Below are positions 1 through 9,661 of a DNA stretch of 26,981 bases, piece by piece. This stretch comes from Myxococcota bacterium (lineage in GTDB: Bacteria; Myxococcota; XYA12-FULL-58-9; JALHOP01). The translations under genes were made by a program, and so were the position numbers. Below the pieces are notes generated by a model. The model was not told where the DNA came from. It saw nothing but the letters and a program-made list of their open reading frames with translations, and did not search any database. Within the stretch, counting starts at the first letter, position 1; each line of letters starts with the position of its first letter. The stretch spans positions 1-26,981 of the forward strand of contig JBGGMJ010000198.1 of the NCBI GenBank assembly GCA_041288095.1, written 5' to 3'.

Positions 1-1
1 A

Positions 2-1051
2 CGTGCGCTGAAAACCCGAGTCATCGCCTTCGTGGCGATCGCGGCGGCCTTGATGCTGGCCCTCGTGTGGTGGGTCGGCGACTTCAGCCTGTCGCGCCGT
101 GACGAGCTGCTCGTCGACTTCGGTTACACCGGCGCGCTGCAAGTGGGCGGACCGGTCCGCGTCAGCGGCGTCAACGTCGGCAAGGTCCAAGACATCCGTT
201 TTCTCGGTGCTGGCGAGACTCCCGAGGTCGCCGAGCGCCCCTCTCTGGGGCAAACCCTGCCGCCGCTGGTGCGGGTGCGCATGACCGTCGATCATGACCT
301 GCACGGCCGCCTGCGACGGGATGCCATGGTGTACGTCGCCATGCAGGGCTTCATCGGGGAGTCGTATGTCGAGATTTCCCCCGGCACGGCGAGCGAAGCG
401 CTGGTCACCGGCCGAGCGGTGCGGGGAGTCGATGCGCCGCGTTTGCACGTCGTCATGCTGCAGGCGGGCTATGCGCTCGAGGTCATCACGACGTTGTTGT
501 CGCAGTTCCTGCCCGCCGAGACCCTGCGCAGCGACGGCGTCGCGGCCAAGAGCGGTGGCAGCGGCTCGGGCGACTTTTTCGCGGCGCTCACCGAGTTGGT
601 CCGCGGGAACAGTCAAAACGTCGGCAAGCTCCTGGACGAGCATGTGGCCTTGGCCGGCGATCTGCGGGTTGTCGTGGCGCGCGTACGCGAGGCCACCGAA
701 AACGGCGAGCTGGCGACACTTCTCGACAACGGTAACGCCGTGGCAGTTGTCCTGCGGCGCGAGCTCCCGCATATTCTCGAACGGACGCAGACGAGCTTGG
801 ACGACTTGCACGTCTTGGCGTCATCTCTGAAGAGCTCCGCCGTCAAAGCCCCCGAGATTGTGGCGCGGGTCGATCAGATGACGCAGGCCATGCAACTCAC
901 GGTGGCCGACGTGCAAGCGATGGTGCACAACGTCCGGCGCGGCGAGGGCACCATTGGTGGGTTCGTGAACGATGCGCAGATCTATGATGATGTGAAAGAG
1001 TTGATGCGGGACCTGCGTCGCAACCCGTGGAAGTTCTTCTGGAGGGATTGA
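2..1051 (+). CDS. MlaD/MCE family protein (5'-truncated by window edge)
   Basis: N-terminal TM helix followed by MCE motif (GALQVGGPVRVSGVNVGKV...GFIGESYVEISPG) and a helical C-tail ending GEGTIGGFVND...RRNPWKFF. Frame is open back to position 2 (RALKTRVIAFVAI), so the true start lies upstream. Confidence 0.9.
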   Translation, partial: RALKTRVIAFVAIAAALMLALVWWVGDFSLSRRDELLVDFGYTGALQVGGPVRVSGVNVGKVQDIRFLGAGETPEVAERPSLGQTLPPLVRVRMTVDHDLHGRLRRDAMVYVAMQGFIGESYVEISPGTASEALVTGRAVRGVDAPRLHVVMLQAGYALEVITTLLSQFLPAETLRSDGVAAKSGGSGSGDFFAALTELVRGNSQNVGKLLDEHVALAGDLRVVVARVREATENGELATLLDNGNAVAVVLRRELPHILERTQTSLDDLHVLASSLKSSAVKAPEIVARVDQMTQAMQLTVADVQAMVHNVRRGEGTIGGFVNDAQIYDDVKELMRDLRRNPWKFFWRD

Positions 1052-1057
1052 GTAATC

Positions 1058-1510
1058 GTGGCTGTAACCGCGCCGTACAAGACGCTGATCGGCAAGTCGA
1101 CCGAGCCGGTCACCATGGAAGTGGAGAAGGGCCAGATCCGCCGTTTCTCCGCCTCGATCGGTGAAGACGCCAACATCCACTACGACGAGGATGCGGCCAA
1201 AGCGGCCGGCTTCCCGTCGCTGGTTGGTCCGCCCACCTTCCCCGCCGCATTGCACGCGACGCGCGAGCTCTACGACGAGCTCGGCCTCGACGACAGCAAC
1301 ATCATGCACGCGGAGGAGGAGTACGAGTACTTCCGAGCGATCTGCGCCGGCGACCTCATCACCGTGACGCACGCCATCGCGGACATCTACGACAAGAAGA
1401 CCCCGACCGGGGCCCTGGTCTTCGTGGTCATCGAAACGCGCGGCAACGACGCCAAGGACCGCCCGGTGTTCAAGGGCCGTCGGGTCCTCGTCGAGCTCAA
1501 GAGAGATTAG
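1058..1510 (+). CDS. MaoC-like dehydratase N-terminal domain protein (HadA-like hotdog fold)
   Basis: VEKGQIRRFS..IGE.ANIHYDE..AK.AGF...PPTF and MHAEEEYEYFRAI.AGD match the MaoC_dehydrat_N pattern. Confidence 0.85.
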   Translation: MAVTAPYKTLIGKSTEPVTMEVEKGQIRRFSASIGEDANIHYDEDAAKAAGFPSLVGPPTFPAALHATRELYDELGLDDSNIMHAEEEYEYFRAICAGDLITVTHAIADIYDKKTPTGALVFVVIETRGNDAKDRPVFKGRRVLVELKRD

Positions 1511-1514
1511 ACAA

Positions 1515-2048
1515 ATGCCCCTCGATTTCGAAACCATCGACAAAGGCATGCCGCTCGAGGGCATCTCGATCCCCGCGCTCACCCGCGCCACGTTGGCCCG
1601 CTTCGCCGGCGCCATCGACGACTACAATCCGATGCACCTCGACGACAAGGTCGCGACCGCGGCCGGCAAGGCCTCGGTGTTCGCGCCGTCGCAGCTCGTC
1701 ATGGGCTACATCGGCCGCATGGTCGAGACGCAGTTCAAGGGCTGTGCGCTGCGGCGGTACGGTCTGCGCGTCCTGAAGCTGGTGTGGCCCGGCGACGTGC
1801 TCACGTGCCGCGGCGTGGTCATCGACAAGCGCGAGGAGAACGGCGAGCACGTCATCGACGCGGACGTTTGGGCGGATAACCAGCGTGGCGAGACCGTGGC
1901 CAAGGGCCGGGTCCTGATCGTCGTGCCAGCGAGCGGCGCCAAGGGTCTGACGAAGAGCGAGGCATCGGTCGGCGTCGTCTACGTCGACATGGGACTGCGC
2001 CCCGGCGGCAAGGCGCCGGCGCCCGCGAAGACGCGCAAGAAGCGCTGA
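1515..2048 (+). CDS. MaoC family dehydratase (HadB-like)
   Basis: FAGAIDDYNPMHLD hydratase-2 motif and VWPGDVL; 4 nt downstream of the previous gene; basic C-terminal tail. Confidence 0.85.
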   Translation: MPLDFETIDKGMPLEGISIPALTRATLARFAGAIDDYNPMHLDDKVATAAGKASVFAPSQLVMGYIGRMVETQFKGCALRRYGLRVLKLVWPGDVLTCRGVVIDKREENGEHVIDADVWADNQRGETVAKGRVLIVVPASGAKGLTKSEASVGVVYVDMGLRPGGKAPAPAKTRKKR

Positions 2049-2081
2049 TCACCGCGAGCCCTGACGAAAGCGACAGGCGCC

Positions 2082-2108
2082 GCAACCGCCTCGAAACTCC
2101 GGCGATAA
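2082..2108 (+). promoter_or_regulatory. Putative sigma28 (FliA/WhiG)-like promoter of the GH13 gene
   Basis: GCAA(2082-85)-N15-GGCGATAA(2101-08), compared with canonical TAAA-N15-GCCGATAA. The motif recurs upstream of three other genes in the window. Confidence 0.65.
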
Positions 2109-2136
2109 CTGGCACATCCCAGTCCGGAGCAGTCGG

Positions 2137-4995
2137 TTGCCCATCAACGAGGTGCGTTTTCGCCACCTTGTCTCGGCGGAAGTACCCGCCGGCAAGGCCT
2201 TTCCGCGCGAAGCTCCGACCGCGCGGCGGATGCACCGGCCTGCCACGGCCGCACCCGGCGACGGGCTCTCGGTCAAGACGAGGGCCACGCTTCCCACCCG
2301 CGACGTGACCTTCATCTACGACGCCGGCCCCCAGCGCGACGTCGGCAACGTCCGTCTCAACGGCAGCTGGGACAAGACGACCGGCCGCTACAGCCCCGAG
2401 TGGGGGAACGCCACCGTCCCCATGCGCTACCTCGGCGACGGCCGCTGGTCGGCAACCGTGCGCGTGGTCGACGACGGTGCCGCGCATCCGTGGGAGTGGG
2501 GTGTGCTCGCGGACACGCCGGCGAAGAAGGGCGCCTGGGTCGTCCACGCCGGCAACAACCTGCGCTTCGACCCCGGTCTCGGCCAGGCCGTGTATAGCCC
2601 GACCACCTATCACGCGATGGGTGCGCGCAAGGGTCCTCAGGGCGATCTGAATTTCAAGGTCTGGCTGCCGCACGCGAGCGAAGTCACGGCGCGGGTCACC
2701 GGCCGCGACGGCACGACCGCGCATTATCCGCTGAAGCGGACCGGCGAAGACTGGGTCGCCTCGGTCCCGGCGGCTTTCGCTCGTCATGTCGGCTCGAGCT
2801 ACATGTACGAGATCGTCGACTCGAAGGGTGAGCGGCGGACCATTCCCGATCCCTACGCGCTCGAGGTCACTGGTGAGCAGCTCGGGCTGTCGCGGGCGTG
2901 GTTCGACCCAGTGAACGGCGCCGAGGTGCACCAGTACATCACACCTCACCGGCAGTTCATGCGCTTCGAATTGCGCGACGACACCGGCGCCGAACGAGCC
3001 TGGGTGGTGCTGAAAGACGACAGCGGCAGAGCCTTGAGCAAGAGCGACGTGGAGGCGCGGCTCGGCCCTCTCGATGGCGGGCTGCGGTCCGCTATCGCGG
3101 GGCATCGCAAGATCGACGATCTGGCCGCCATCGACGACCAGGGCCGCCTCGCCATGCGCTTTACCGACGGCACCTGGACGACGCTCGTGCACAACCCGGA
3201 AGCCCTGCACGGGTTGCGCTACGAGATGGTGCTGTCGAACGGCGGCCGTGCCCAGGACCCGTGGAGCGACCGCATCACCGCCGACAGCGGCGTGTCGTTC
3301 CGCGAGTCGCTCATCGTCGACGGCATCCGCTCATCGCAGCGGGTGACCACCCCGCCCACGCCCTGGAACAAAGCGGTCATCTATCAGATCCACGTGGGCA
3401 GCTTCTTCTCGTCGGCGAACAACTCACGACGGTCCACGTTCGCGGACGTGTGCGAGAAGCTCGACTATCTCGAATGGCTCGGCATCAACGCCGTCGAGCT
3501 CCTGCCGGTCACCGAAGAGCAAGGTGTGCGCGGCTGGGGCTACGCCATGGGTGTGGTCAATTTCGCGACCGAAAGTGGTCTCGGCTTCATGCACGAGGGT
3601 CGTTGGGTTTCCGGCCGCGAGGCGCTGCGCTTGCTGCGCGCCGAGATGCAGAAGCGCCGCATGAATCTCATCGCCGACGTCGTCTATAATCACGCGCTCG
3701 ACAAAGAGAACCCGCTCGCCGACGTCGACCCCGCCAATCCGTACTACAACTGGGGCAGCGTCGAGCAGCCGCAGCTGCGCAAGACGCCGTGGGGACCGAT
3801 CCCGGCGTTCAACAATCCGCGCGTGCGCCAGTTCCTCATCGATCACGCGGTGGCGCAGATCCTCGAAAACGGCTTCGACGGTCTACGCCTCGACTTCACC
3901 CAGCCCATCTACCAGGAGGGTGGCCATGAGGGGCGCGCCTTCCTCGTCGAGCTGGTCTCGCAGATCCGCGAGGTCGCGCCGCACGCGCTGCTCATCCCCG
4001 AGGACTTCTCGTACCAGCCGTGGATCGTCGAGCTGATGGGGACGCTCTGGTACACCGAGTTCCAGCACCGTCTCGTGCATGACCACAACCCGGATCGACC
4101 GGGTCTCGTGCAAGCGGCCGCGCTCGGCAAGCCCACGAACGTCGACGCGTTCTTGAAGCTGCTGACGAGCCCGATTGGGCTGCACGCGCTGACGCAGGCG
4201 ATCACGATGATCTCGAACCACGACGAGGTCGGAAACGCCAACCGCACACCGATCGTGGCGCAGGGCACGAGCCCCACGGCGGACCCGCCGCAGTGGGCGC
4301 GCGACGTCTCGCGTCTCACCATGCTCATCGGCCTCATGAGCCCGGGCGTACCGTTCATGTTCATGGGCGACGAGTTCCTCGCCACCAACGGCTTTCGCTG
4401 GGGCAAGCCGTCGACGTGGGACATGGGCTGGACGTGGTTTCGGCTGGGCAAGAGCTGGGACTGGAGTGCGCTGCGCTACGACGACGACGTGCGCAAGGTC
4501 TACGAGCGGCTGTTCACGTTGGGCGACGCGGCCTTCGCCGACCCCGAGTTCATGAAGCTCGCCGAAGCGGACAAGAAGGTCTACCGCGACCTGCACGCCA
4601 TGAGCCCCGAGCAGCGCGCCACCGCACTCGTCGATATCTCGCGCAAGCTCGCCACAATCTTTGCCAAGGACGCCATCGCCCTGCGCCACGCCAGCGACGG
4701 CCTCGCCGCTGACGTGCCAGCGAAACCGCTCTACGCGCACAACGACGATGGTGTCTTCGCCTTCACGCGTGGCGAGCACGGTCCCGACTTCGTGGTGGTG
4801 GCCAACGTCTCCAAGGAGATCCGTCGCGGTTACCGCATGCCGCTGCCCGAGGGCAGATTTCGTCAAGTGCTGAGCAGCGATGATGTCCGGTATGGCGGAC
4901 GTGGCGTGGGGCCGAGCGCGGCTATCCTCGTGGATGGCGCGACGCTCGACTTGCCAGCGGGTGGCGCTCTCTTGCTGCAGCGCCTCCCCGATTGA
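2137..4995 (+). CDS. GH13 alpha-amylase family enzyme (TreZ/GlgB-like) with N-terminal CBM48-like domains
   Basis: GH13 regions DVVYNH, GFDGLRLDF (nucleophile Asp), LIPEDF (acid/base Glu) and SNHDE; IYQIHVGSF; CBM48-like MGA...FKVWLPHASEV. TTG start preceded by GGAG. Confidence 0.88.
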   Translation: MPINEVRFRHLVSAEVPAGKAFPREAPTARRMHRPATAAPGDGLSVKTRATLPTRDVTFIYDAGPQRDVGNVRLNGSWDKTTGRYSPEWGNATVPMRYLGDGRWSATVRVVDDGAAHPWEWGVLADTPAKKGAWVVHAGNNLRFDPGLGQAVYSPTTYHAMGARKGPQGDLNFKVWLPHASEVTARVTGRDGTTAHYPLKRTGEDWVASVPAAFARHVGSSYMYEIVDSKGERRTIPDPYALEVTGEQLGLSRAWFDPVNGAEVHQYITPHRQFMRFELRDDTGAERAWVVLKDDSGRALSKSDVEARLGPLDGGLRSAIAGHRKIDDLAAIDDQGRLAMRFTDGTWTTLVHNPEALHGLRYEMVLSNGGRAQDPWSDRITADSGVSFRESLIVDGIRSSQRVTTPPTPWNKAVIYQIHVGSFFSSANNSRRSTFADVCEKLDYLEWLGINAVELLPVTEEQGVRGWGYAMGVVNFATESGLGFMHEGRWVSGREALRLLRAEMQKRRMNLIADVVYNHALDKENPLADVDPANPYYNWGSVEQPQLRKTPWGPIPAFNNPRVRQFLIDHAVAQILENGFDGLRLDFTQPIYQEGGHEGRAFLVELVSQIREVAPHALLIPEDFSYQPWIVELMGTLWYTEFQHRLVHDHNPDRPGLVQAAALGKPTNVDAFLKLLTSPIGLHALTQAITMISNHDEVGNANRTPIVAQGTSPTADPPQWARDVSRLTMLIGLMSPGVPFMFMGDEFLATNGFRWGKPSTWDMGWTWFRLGKSWDWSALRYDDDVRKVYERLFTLGDAAFADPEFMKLAEADKKVYRDLHAMSPEQRATALVDISRKLATIFAKDAIALRHASDGLAADVPAKPLYAHNDDGVFAFTRGEHGPDFVVVANVSKEIRRGYRMPLPEGRFRQVLSSDDVRYGGRGVGPSAAILVDGATLDLPAGGALLLQRLPD

Positions 4996-4998
4996 CGG

Positions 4999-6651
4999 TT
5001 ACAACGACGCGGCAAGCGCGTCGACAGCATCACACTGTTCGCTGCGAAGCCCGGCTGCCGCGGTGATGTCTTCACCGAACGTGAGATAGGGATCGCTCGT
5101 GTCGTAGCGCGGCCAGGTGATGTCGCCGGGGCCGTTCACGTCGCCGCCGCCGGCAAGGCGCGTCCAGTAGCGCTGGGTGGCCTCGGACAACACGAGATCG
5201 TCGGGTGTGGGGCTGTAGCCGAAGGCCTCGAACTCGCGGAACACGAAGGGTAGCTCGATGCCGTGCGTCGCCCCGACGATGGCTCCGCCAATGCCCGGCC
5301 CATGCCACGTGAAGTAGTAGCGGTAGACCGGCTCGCTCTGATGCGTCGCGGCCGCGAGCGCGAGCGAGCGCGCGGGACAGGTCCAGATGACGTCGGTCGT
5401 CAGGCGCACCAAGGCATAGCGCGGCGATGGGTAGTCGGCGGCCGGGTAGATGGCCAGGAGCTGGTTACCGAGCGTCAACCCATACTGGGCACGCACCGCC
5501 GCGGCGTATTGCTCCGGCGTCTCGACCGCGGCGACCATGCGCGAGGTCTCTTCGGCGTTGGTGCCGATGACCAGGGGGACGTGATTGTGCGTGCCCGAGG
5601 CGAGGGCGTCGGCGGCGTTCATCGGCAGCACGTAGCCGTCGACCACGGGGCCGTAGCGCATGCCTTCGCCTTCGAGCGGACCGATGGCGCTGGGCACGCC
5701 GACGATAGAGTCGACCGTCCGCCCGCGCATACAAGCCACTTCGTCGATGGCGTCGTCACAGTCCACCGCGGCGACGAGCTCCTGCATCGCGGCTTGGGCG
5801 TCTTCGATGGTCGTGCGGTAGACGCCGCCACTCTCGACGATAGCGGCATGGAACAAGCCCGCCGACAGCGGCGACGCGATGTGCACCAACGTATTCTGGC
5901 CGCCGGCCGACTCACCGAACAGGAGGACATGCGTCGGCGAGCCGCCGAAGGCCGCGACATTGGCCTGCACCCAACGCAGCGCCGCTTGCTGGTCGAGGAT
6001 GCCGTAGTTACCGGAGACCGCGTGCGTGCTCTCGGCGTCGAGGCCGCGATGCGTGAAGTACCCGAGCGCGCCCAGACGGTAGGCAATCGTCACGACGACG
6101 GCCCCGGTGCGGGTCGCGAGCTCGTGACCATCGTAGAGGGGGTCGGAGGCCGTGCCCTGCGCGTTGCCACCGCCATGCACGAAGAACAGCACCGGCGCGT
6201 CGTGCGCGTCTTCGCGTGCCCAGACATTCAGCGTGAGGCAATCCTCGTTGCCGATGACCGTGCCGTCGGAGAGCTGCGGACAAGTCGGGCCGAAGGCGCT
6301 CGCGAAGACTTCGGTTGCGACGCAGCTCGCGGGCACCGGTGGCTTCCAGCGCAGCTCGCCTACCGGTGGTTCGGCATAGCGGACACCCTTCCACGACCAC
6401 GTCGTGTCGGTCTTCTGGCCGGTGACGGCGCCGCTCGTCGTGATCACGGTGCCCGGACGCGCCGCGACGGTGGTGCACGCAGGTTGGTCATCGTCGGCCG
6501 GGGCGTCGTCGTCGCCATCGTCCACGTCGTCGTCATCGCCCCGCAGCGTGTCTTCGTCGCTGGGCGGCGGCCCGTCGGCCTCGTTGCGGCCGCAGGCGCT
6601 GGTCGCGAGGGCGAAGGTGCAAAGGGTCAACGCGCAAGTGAACCGCCGCAT
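4999..6651 (-). CDS. Type-B carboxylesterase/lipase, lipoprotein
   Basis: EDCLTLNVW, HGGG oxyanion hole, GESAGG nucleophile, TNAEE and ATHG; lipobox-like ATSAC followed by an Asp-rich linker. Confidence 0.92.
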   Translation of the reverse strand: MRRFTCALTLCTFALATSACGRNEADGPPPSDEDTLRGDDDDVDDGDDDAPADDDQPACTTVAARPGTVITTSGAVTGQKTDTTWSWKGVRYAEPPVGELRWKPPVPASCVATEVFASAFGPTCPQLSDGTVIGNEDCLTLNVWAREDAHDAPVLFFVHGGGNAQGTASDPLYDGHELATRTGAVVVTIAYRLGALGYFTHRGLDAESTHAVSGNYGILDQQAALRWVQANVAAFGGSPTHVLLFGESAGGQNTLVHIASPLSAGLFHAAIVESGGVYRTTIEDAQAAMQELVAAVDCDDAIDEVACMRGRTVDSIVGVPSAIGPLEGEGMRYGPVVDGYVLPMNAADALASGTHNHVPLVIGTNAEETSRMVAAVETPEQYAAAVRAQYGLTLGNQLLAIYPAADYPSPRYALVRLTTDVIWTCPARSLALAAATHQSEPVYRYYFTWHGPGIGGAIVGATHGIELPFVFREFEAFGYSPTPDDLVLSEATQRYWTRLAGGGDVNGPGDITWPRYDTSDPYLTFGEDITAAAGLRSEQCDAVDALAASL

Positions 6652-6734
6652 GATGATCTCCCTCGATTGGTGCTTCCTGGAGGGAGAAACCGGGGTCGCT
6701 TACGCGGGTTGCGATGCGGGGGCCTGACGCCTTG

Positions 6735-8459
6735 TCAGCGCCGGTTCTTCTTGCGCGCCTTCTTCTCGGCTTTACGCTTGTCTTTCGACTTCTGCTTGGT
6801 CTGGCTGTCGACCTGGCGCGGCGCCATCTGACCCATGCGGGCCTTCAGGAACTGCTGGTACTGCTGCATCGAGACGCCTGGCGGTAGGCCACCGGGAGGC
6901 AGAGGCATGCCACCGGGCGCGCCACCACCCATGCCGGGCAAACCGCCGGCGCCACCGAGCCCGGGCAGACCACCCGGGGGCATTCCGGGCATTCCCGGCA
7001 TGCCGCCGCCCAGGCCCATCTTCTGAGCCATCTGGCCGAGGTCGCCCATGCCCATGCCGCCCATGACGTCGTTCATGTTCATGCCCTTGAGCTTGCGCAG
7101 GGCACCCAGCTGCTTGAAGCCGGGGAGGTTGCCGAGCAGGCCGGGCTGGGCCACGAGGTTTTGCATCAGGCCTTGCATCATGCCGAAGCGCTGCACGAGG
7201 TCCTTGACGTCCTCGGGCTTGCGTCCGCTGCCGCGGGCAATGCGCTTGGCGCGGCTGTCATCGATGATCGCGGGCTTTTCGCGCTCGGCTTTGGTCATCG
7301 AGTGGATCAGCGACTCCATGGCAACGAACGCTTTGTCGTCGACCTGCGCACCGTCCGGGAGAGAGTCGCCGAAGATCGGAAACTTCTCGTAGATGTCCTT
7401 CATCGAGCCGACCTTCTGCAGCATCTTCAATTGCTGCAGAAAATCGTCGAGCGTGAACTGGCCGCGCAGGAGCTTCTTGGTGTCGCGCTCGGCTTGCTTC
7501 TCGTCGACGACCTGCTCGAAGTCCTGCATGAGGCCGACGATGTCGCCCATGCCGAGGATGCGGCTCGCGAGACCTTCCGGACGGAAGCGCTCGAGCTTGT
7601 CGAGACCTTCACCTTGGCCGAGGAACTTGATCGGCTTACCGGTGATCTCCTTGATGGAGAGCGCCGCGCCACCGCGGGCGTCGCCGTCCATCTTGGTCAT
7701 GATGAAGCCGGAGATATCGAGTCGGCGGTTGAACTCGGCGGCGGTGCGCACCGTGTCCTGACCCGCCATGGCGTCGCAGACCAAGAAGATGTTGTCCGGC
7801 TTGGTCTTCTGCTTGATTTGCTCGAGCTCTTGCATGAGCGCGTCGTCAATCGCGAGGCGGCCCGCGGTGTCGAAGATGACGACGTCGCGCTTCTTCTTCT
7901 TGGCTTCTTGCAGGGCGTCGGCGCAGAGCTGCGGCGGCGAAAGCCCGGGCTGCGCGAACACCGGCACACCCAAGCGCTCTCCCAAGATCTTGAGCTGCTC
8001 GACGGCGGCGGGGCGGTAGATGTCGGCGGCGACGAGGAGCGGTCTGCGCTTGTCCGCTAAAAGATACTGAGCGAGCTTGCCGGTGGTCGTCGTCTTACCA
8101 GTACCCTGGAGGCCGACCATCATGATGGTGGTGAAAGGGCGCTTGAACTTGATCGGCGCTTCCTCGACCGGCCCCATGAGCTTCTCGAGCTCGTTGTGGC
8201 AGATGAGGATGAAATGTTCGCCCGGCGTCGCCTCCCGCTTCTTGCCGTCCTTCTGCGTCGCGAGCTGGACAACCTCGCCCAGGGCGCGTTGCTTCACCCG
8301 GTCGACGAAGGTGCGTACGACGCCGAGCTCGACGTCGCCTTCGAGGAGCGAGACGCGGATCTGGCGGACCGCCTCGTCGATGTTTTCTTCGGTGAGCTCG
8401 GCCTTACCGGTGAGCGCGTTCTTGGCGGACTTGAAGCCCTTGGAGACAATCTCCAGCAT
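6735..8459 (-). CDS. ffh: Signal recognition particle protein Ffh
   Basis: GLQGTGKTTT, DTAGR, TKMDGDARGG, PEGLASRILGMGD and M-domain SMT..ER...SRAKRIARGSG. Confidence 0.97.
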   Translation of the reverse strand: MLEIVSKGFKSAKNALTGKAELTEENIDEAVRQIRVSLLEGDVELGVVRTFVDRVKQRALGEVVQLATQKDGKKREATPGEHFILICHNELEKLMGPVEEAPIKFKRPFTTIMMVGLQGTGKTTTTGKLAQYLLADKRRPLLVAADIYRPAAVEQLKILGERLGVPVFAQPGLSPPQLCADALQEAKKKKRDVVIFDTAGRLAIDDALMQELEQIKQKTKPDNIFLVCDAMAGQDTVRTAAEFNRRLDISGFIMTKMDGDARGGAALSIKEITGKPIKFLGQGEGLDKLERFRPEGLASRILGMGDIVGLMQDFEQVVDEKQAERDTKKLLRGQFTLDDFLQQLKMLQKVGSMKDIYEKFPIFGDSLPDGAQVDDKAFVAMESLIHSMTKAEREKPAIIDDSRAKRIARGSGRKPEDVKDLVQRFGMMQGLMQNLVAQPGLLGNLPGFKQLGALRKLKGMNMNDVMGGMGMGDLGQMAQKMGLGGGMPGMPGMPPGGLPGLGGAGGLPGMGGGAPGGMPLPPGGLPPGVSMQQYQQFLKARMGQMAPRQVDSQTKQKSKDKRKAEKKARKKNRR

Positions 8460-8566
8460 GGCGCGCTCTCTAGCTTTTAGTGTCCGAGAAGGGAAGCCCG
8501 GTTGGCAGGTCGGATCGTCGTGCTTAGGTTGCCGACCGGACGCAGTACTTTTGGTGGGGGACGATC

Positions 8567-9043
8567 ATGGGGATGTTCGATTCGATGCTCGGTAACATGG
8601 CGAAGAAGTCGCAGGCGACGCAGGGCTCGCAAGAGCGCTTCACAACGCTCAAGCAGAAATACCAGCCGGTCTTGAACAAGATCGAGCAGAGCGGTGTGCA
8701 GCTGCAGAATCTCCACGTGGAGAACGACAAGCTCTTCGTTCGTGGCATCGCGCCGTCCGAGACGGTGAAGAACCAGATCTGGGACGAAGTGAAGCGTATC
8801 GATGCGCGCTGGGCGGACCTGCAACTCGAGCTGACGACGAGCGGTGGTGGCGCGCAGACCGAGGCGAAGTTCGAGCGCTATACGGTCAAGGCGGGCGACA
8901 CGCTCTCCAAGATTGCCCAGCAGTTCTACGGCGACAAGATGGCCTATCAGCGCATCTTCGAAGCCAACCGCGACATCCTGAAGGACCCGGACAAGATCGA
9001 GGTCGGTCAGGTGATCAAGGTGCCGAAGCTGGCGATGGCCTAA
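8567..9043 (+). CDS. LysM peptidoglycan-binding protein with BON-like N-domain (Kbp/YgaU-like)
   Basis: C-terminal YTVKAGDTLSKIAQQFYG...IFEANRDILKDPDKIEVGQVIKVP; SD-like GGGGA upstream. Confidence 0.88.
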   Translation: MGMFDSMLGNMAKKSQATQGSQERFTTLKQKYQPVLNKIEQSGVQLQNLHVENDKLFVRGIAPSETVKNQIWDEVKRIDARWADLQLELTTSGGGAQTEAKFERYTVKAGDTLSKIAQQFYGDKMAYQRIFEANRDILKDPDKIEVGQVIKVPKLAMA

Positions 9044-9053
9044 AGAGCCACGG

Positions 9054-9084
9054 GCGGGCACGCGTCGTAAAAGCGCGTGTCCGC
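9054..9084. terminator. Stem-loop between convergent genes
   Basis: GCGGGCACGCG / CGCGTGTCCGC form an 11-bp stem (one G-U) with a 9-nt loop; no clear U-tract. Confidence 0.5.
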
Positions 9085-9085
9085 T

Positions 9086-9661
9086 TCAGCTTCGCAGGAA
9101 GATCAGCATGATGTGGCTGGTCACGCCGAGCAGACCCCACAACAAGAGGTACAGGGTCACATAGCCGCCGACCGTCGCGCCGACGACGAGGTGCCGCGAG
9201 GGGACCTGCAGCTCCTCGAGCCCGACGTGCAGCAAGTAGATGCCGTAGCTCGCCGCCGCCACCACCGCGAGGCGCGAGATGATGAACAGCCAGAGAAACT
9301 CGTCCGGCGCGAGATAGAGACAGCCCGCGAGCCAGAGCGGAATGGATGCATAGGCCGCGAGCAAGAAGCTCTGGGTCTCGGTGAGCGCGCCGTGGAACTG
9401 GCGGACCACGGTCGGCAGGATGAGGGCGAGGCCGATGAGGCAGCCGACCTGCAAGACGAAGCCGCTGGTGCCGAGGACCATTGCCGCGATGGGATGACCC
9501 GTCATCACGGAGGCGAGGAAGTCGGCGATCGGTCGGATGATGATCAGCGGCAGGATGATCATGACCACGAAGGCCGGCCACGATGGCGGACTCGTCAGCC
9601 GCTCGCGCAGGAGATCGCGTGGGCCCTGGACCAGAGCGACGACGTCGTGTTTCAGGCTCAT
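9086..9661 (-). CDS. Yip1-like multi-pass membrane protein
   Basis: About 5 hydrophobic helices; AAYASIPLWLAG and YGIYLLHVGL resemble Yip1. The ATG at 9661 overlaps the upstream stop (ATGA). Confidence 0.7.
   Translation of the reverse strand: MSLKHDVVALVQGPRDLLRERLTSPPSWPAFVVMIILPLIIIRPIADFLASVMTGHPIAAMVLGTSGFVLQVGCLIGLALILPTVVRQFHGALTETQSFLLAAYASIPLWLAGCLYLAPDEFLWLFIISRLAVVAAASYGIYLLHVGLEELQVPSRHLVVGATVGGYVTLYLLLWGLLGVTSHIMLIFLRS

Noticed and set aside
8478..8545. Possible SRP (4.5S) RNA next to ffh (GTCCGAGAAGGGAAGC, CAGGTCGG)
   Set aside because: Lacks the ordered CAGG-stem-GNRA-stem-AGCAG helix-8 signature and the long enclosing stem.
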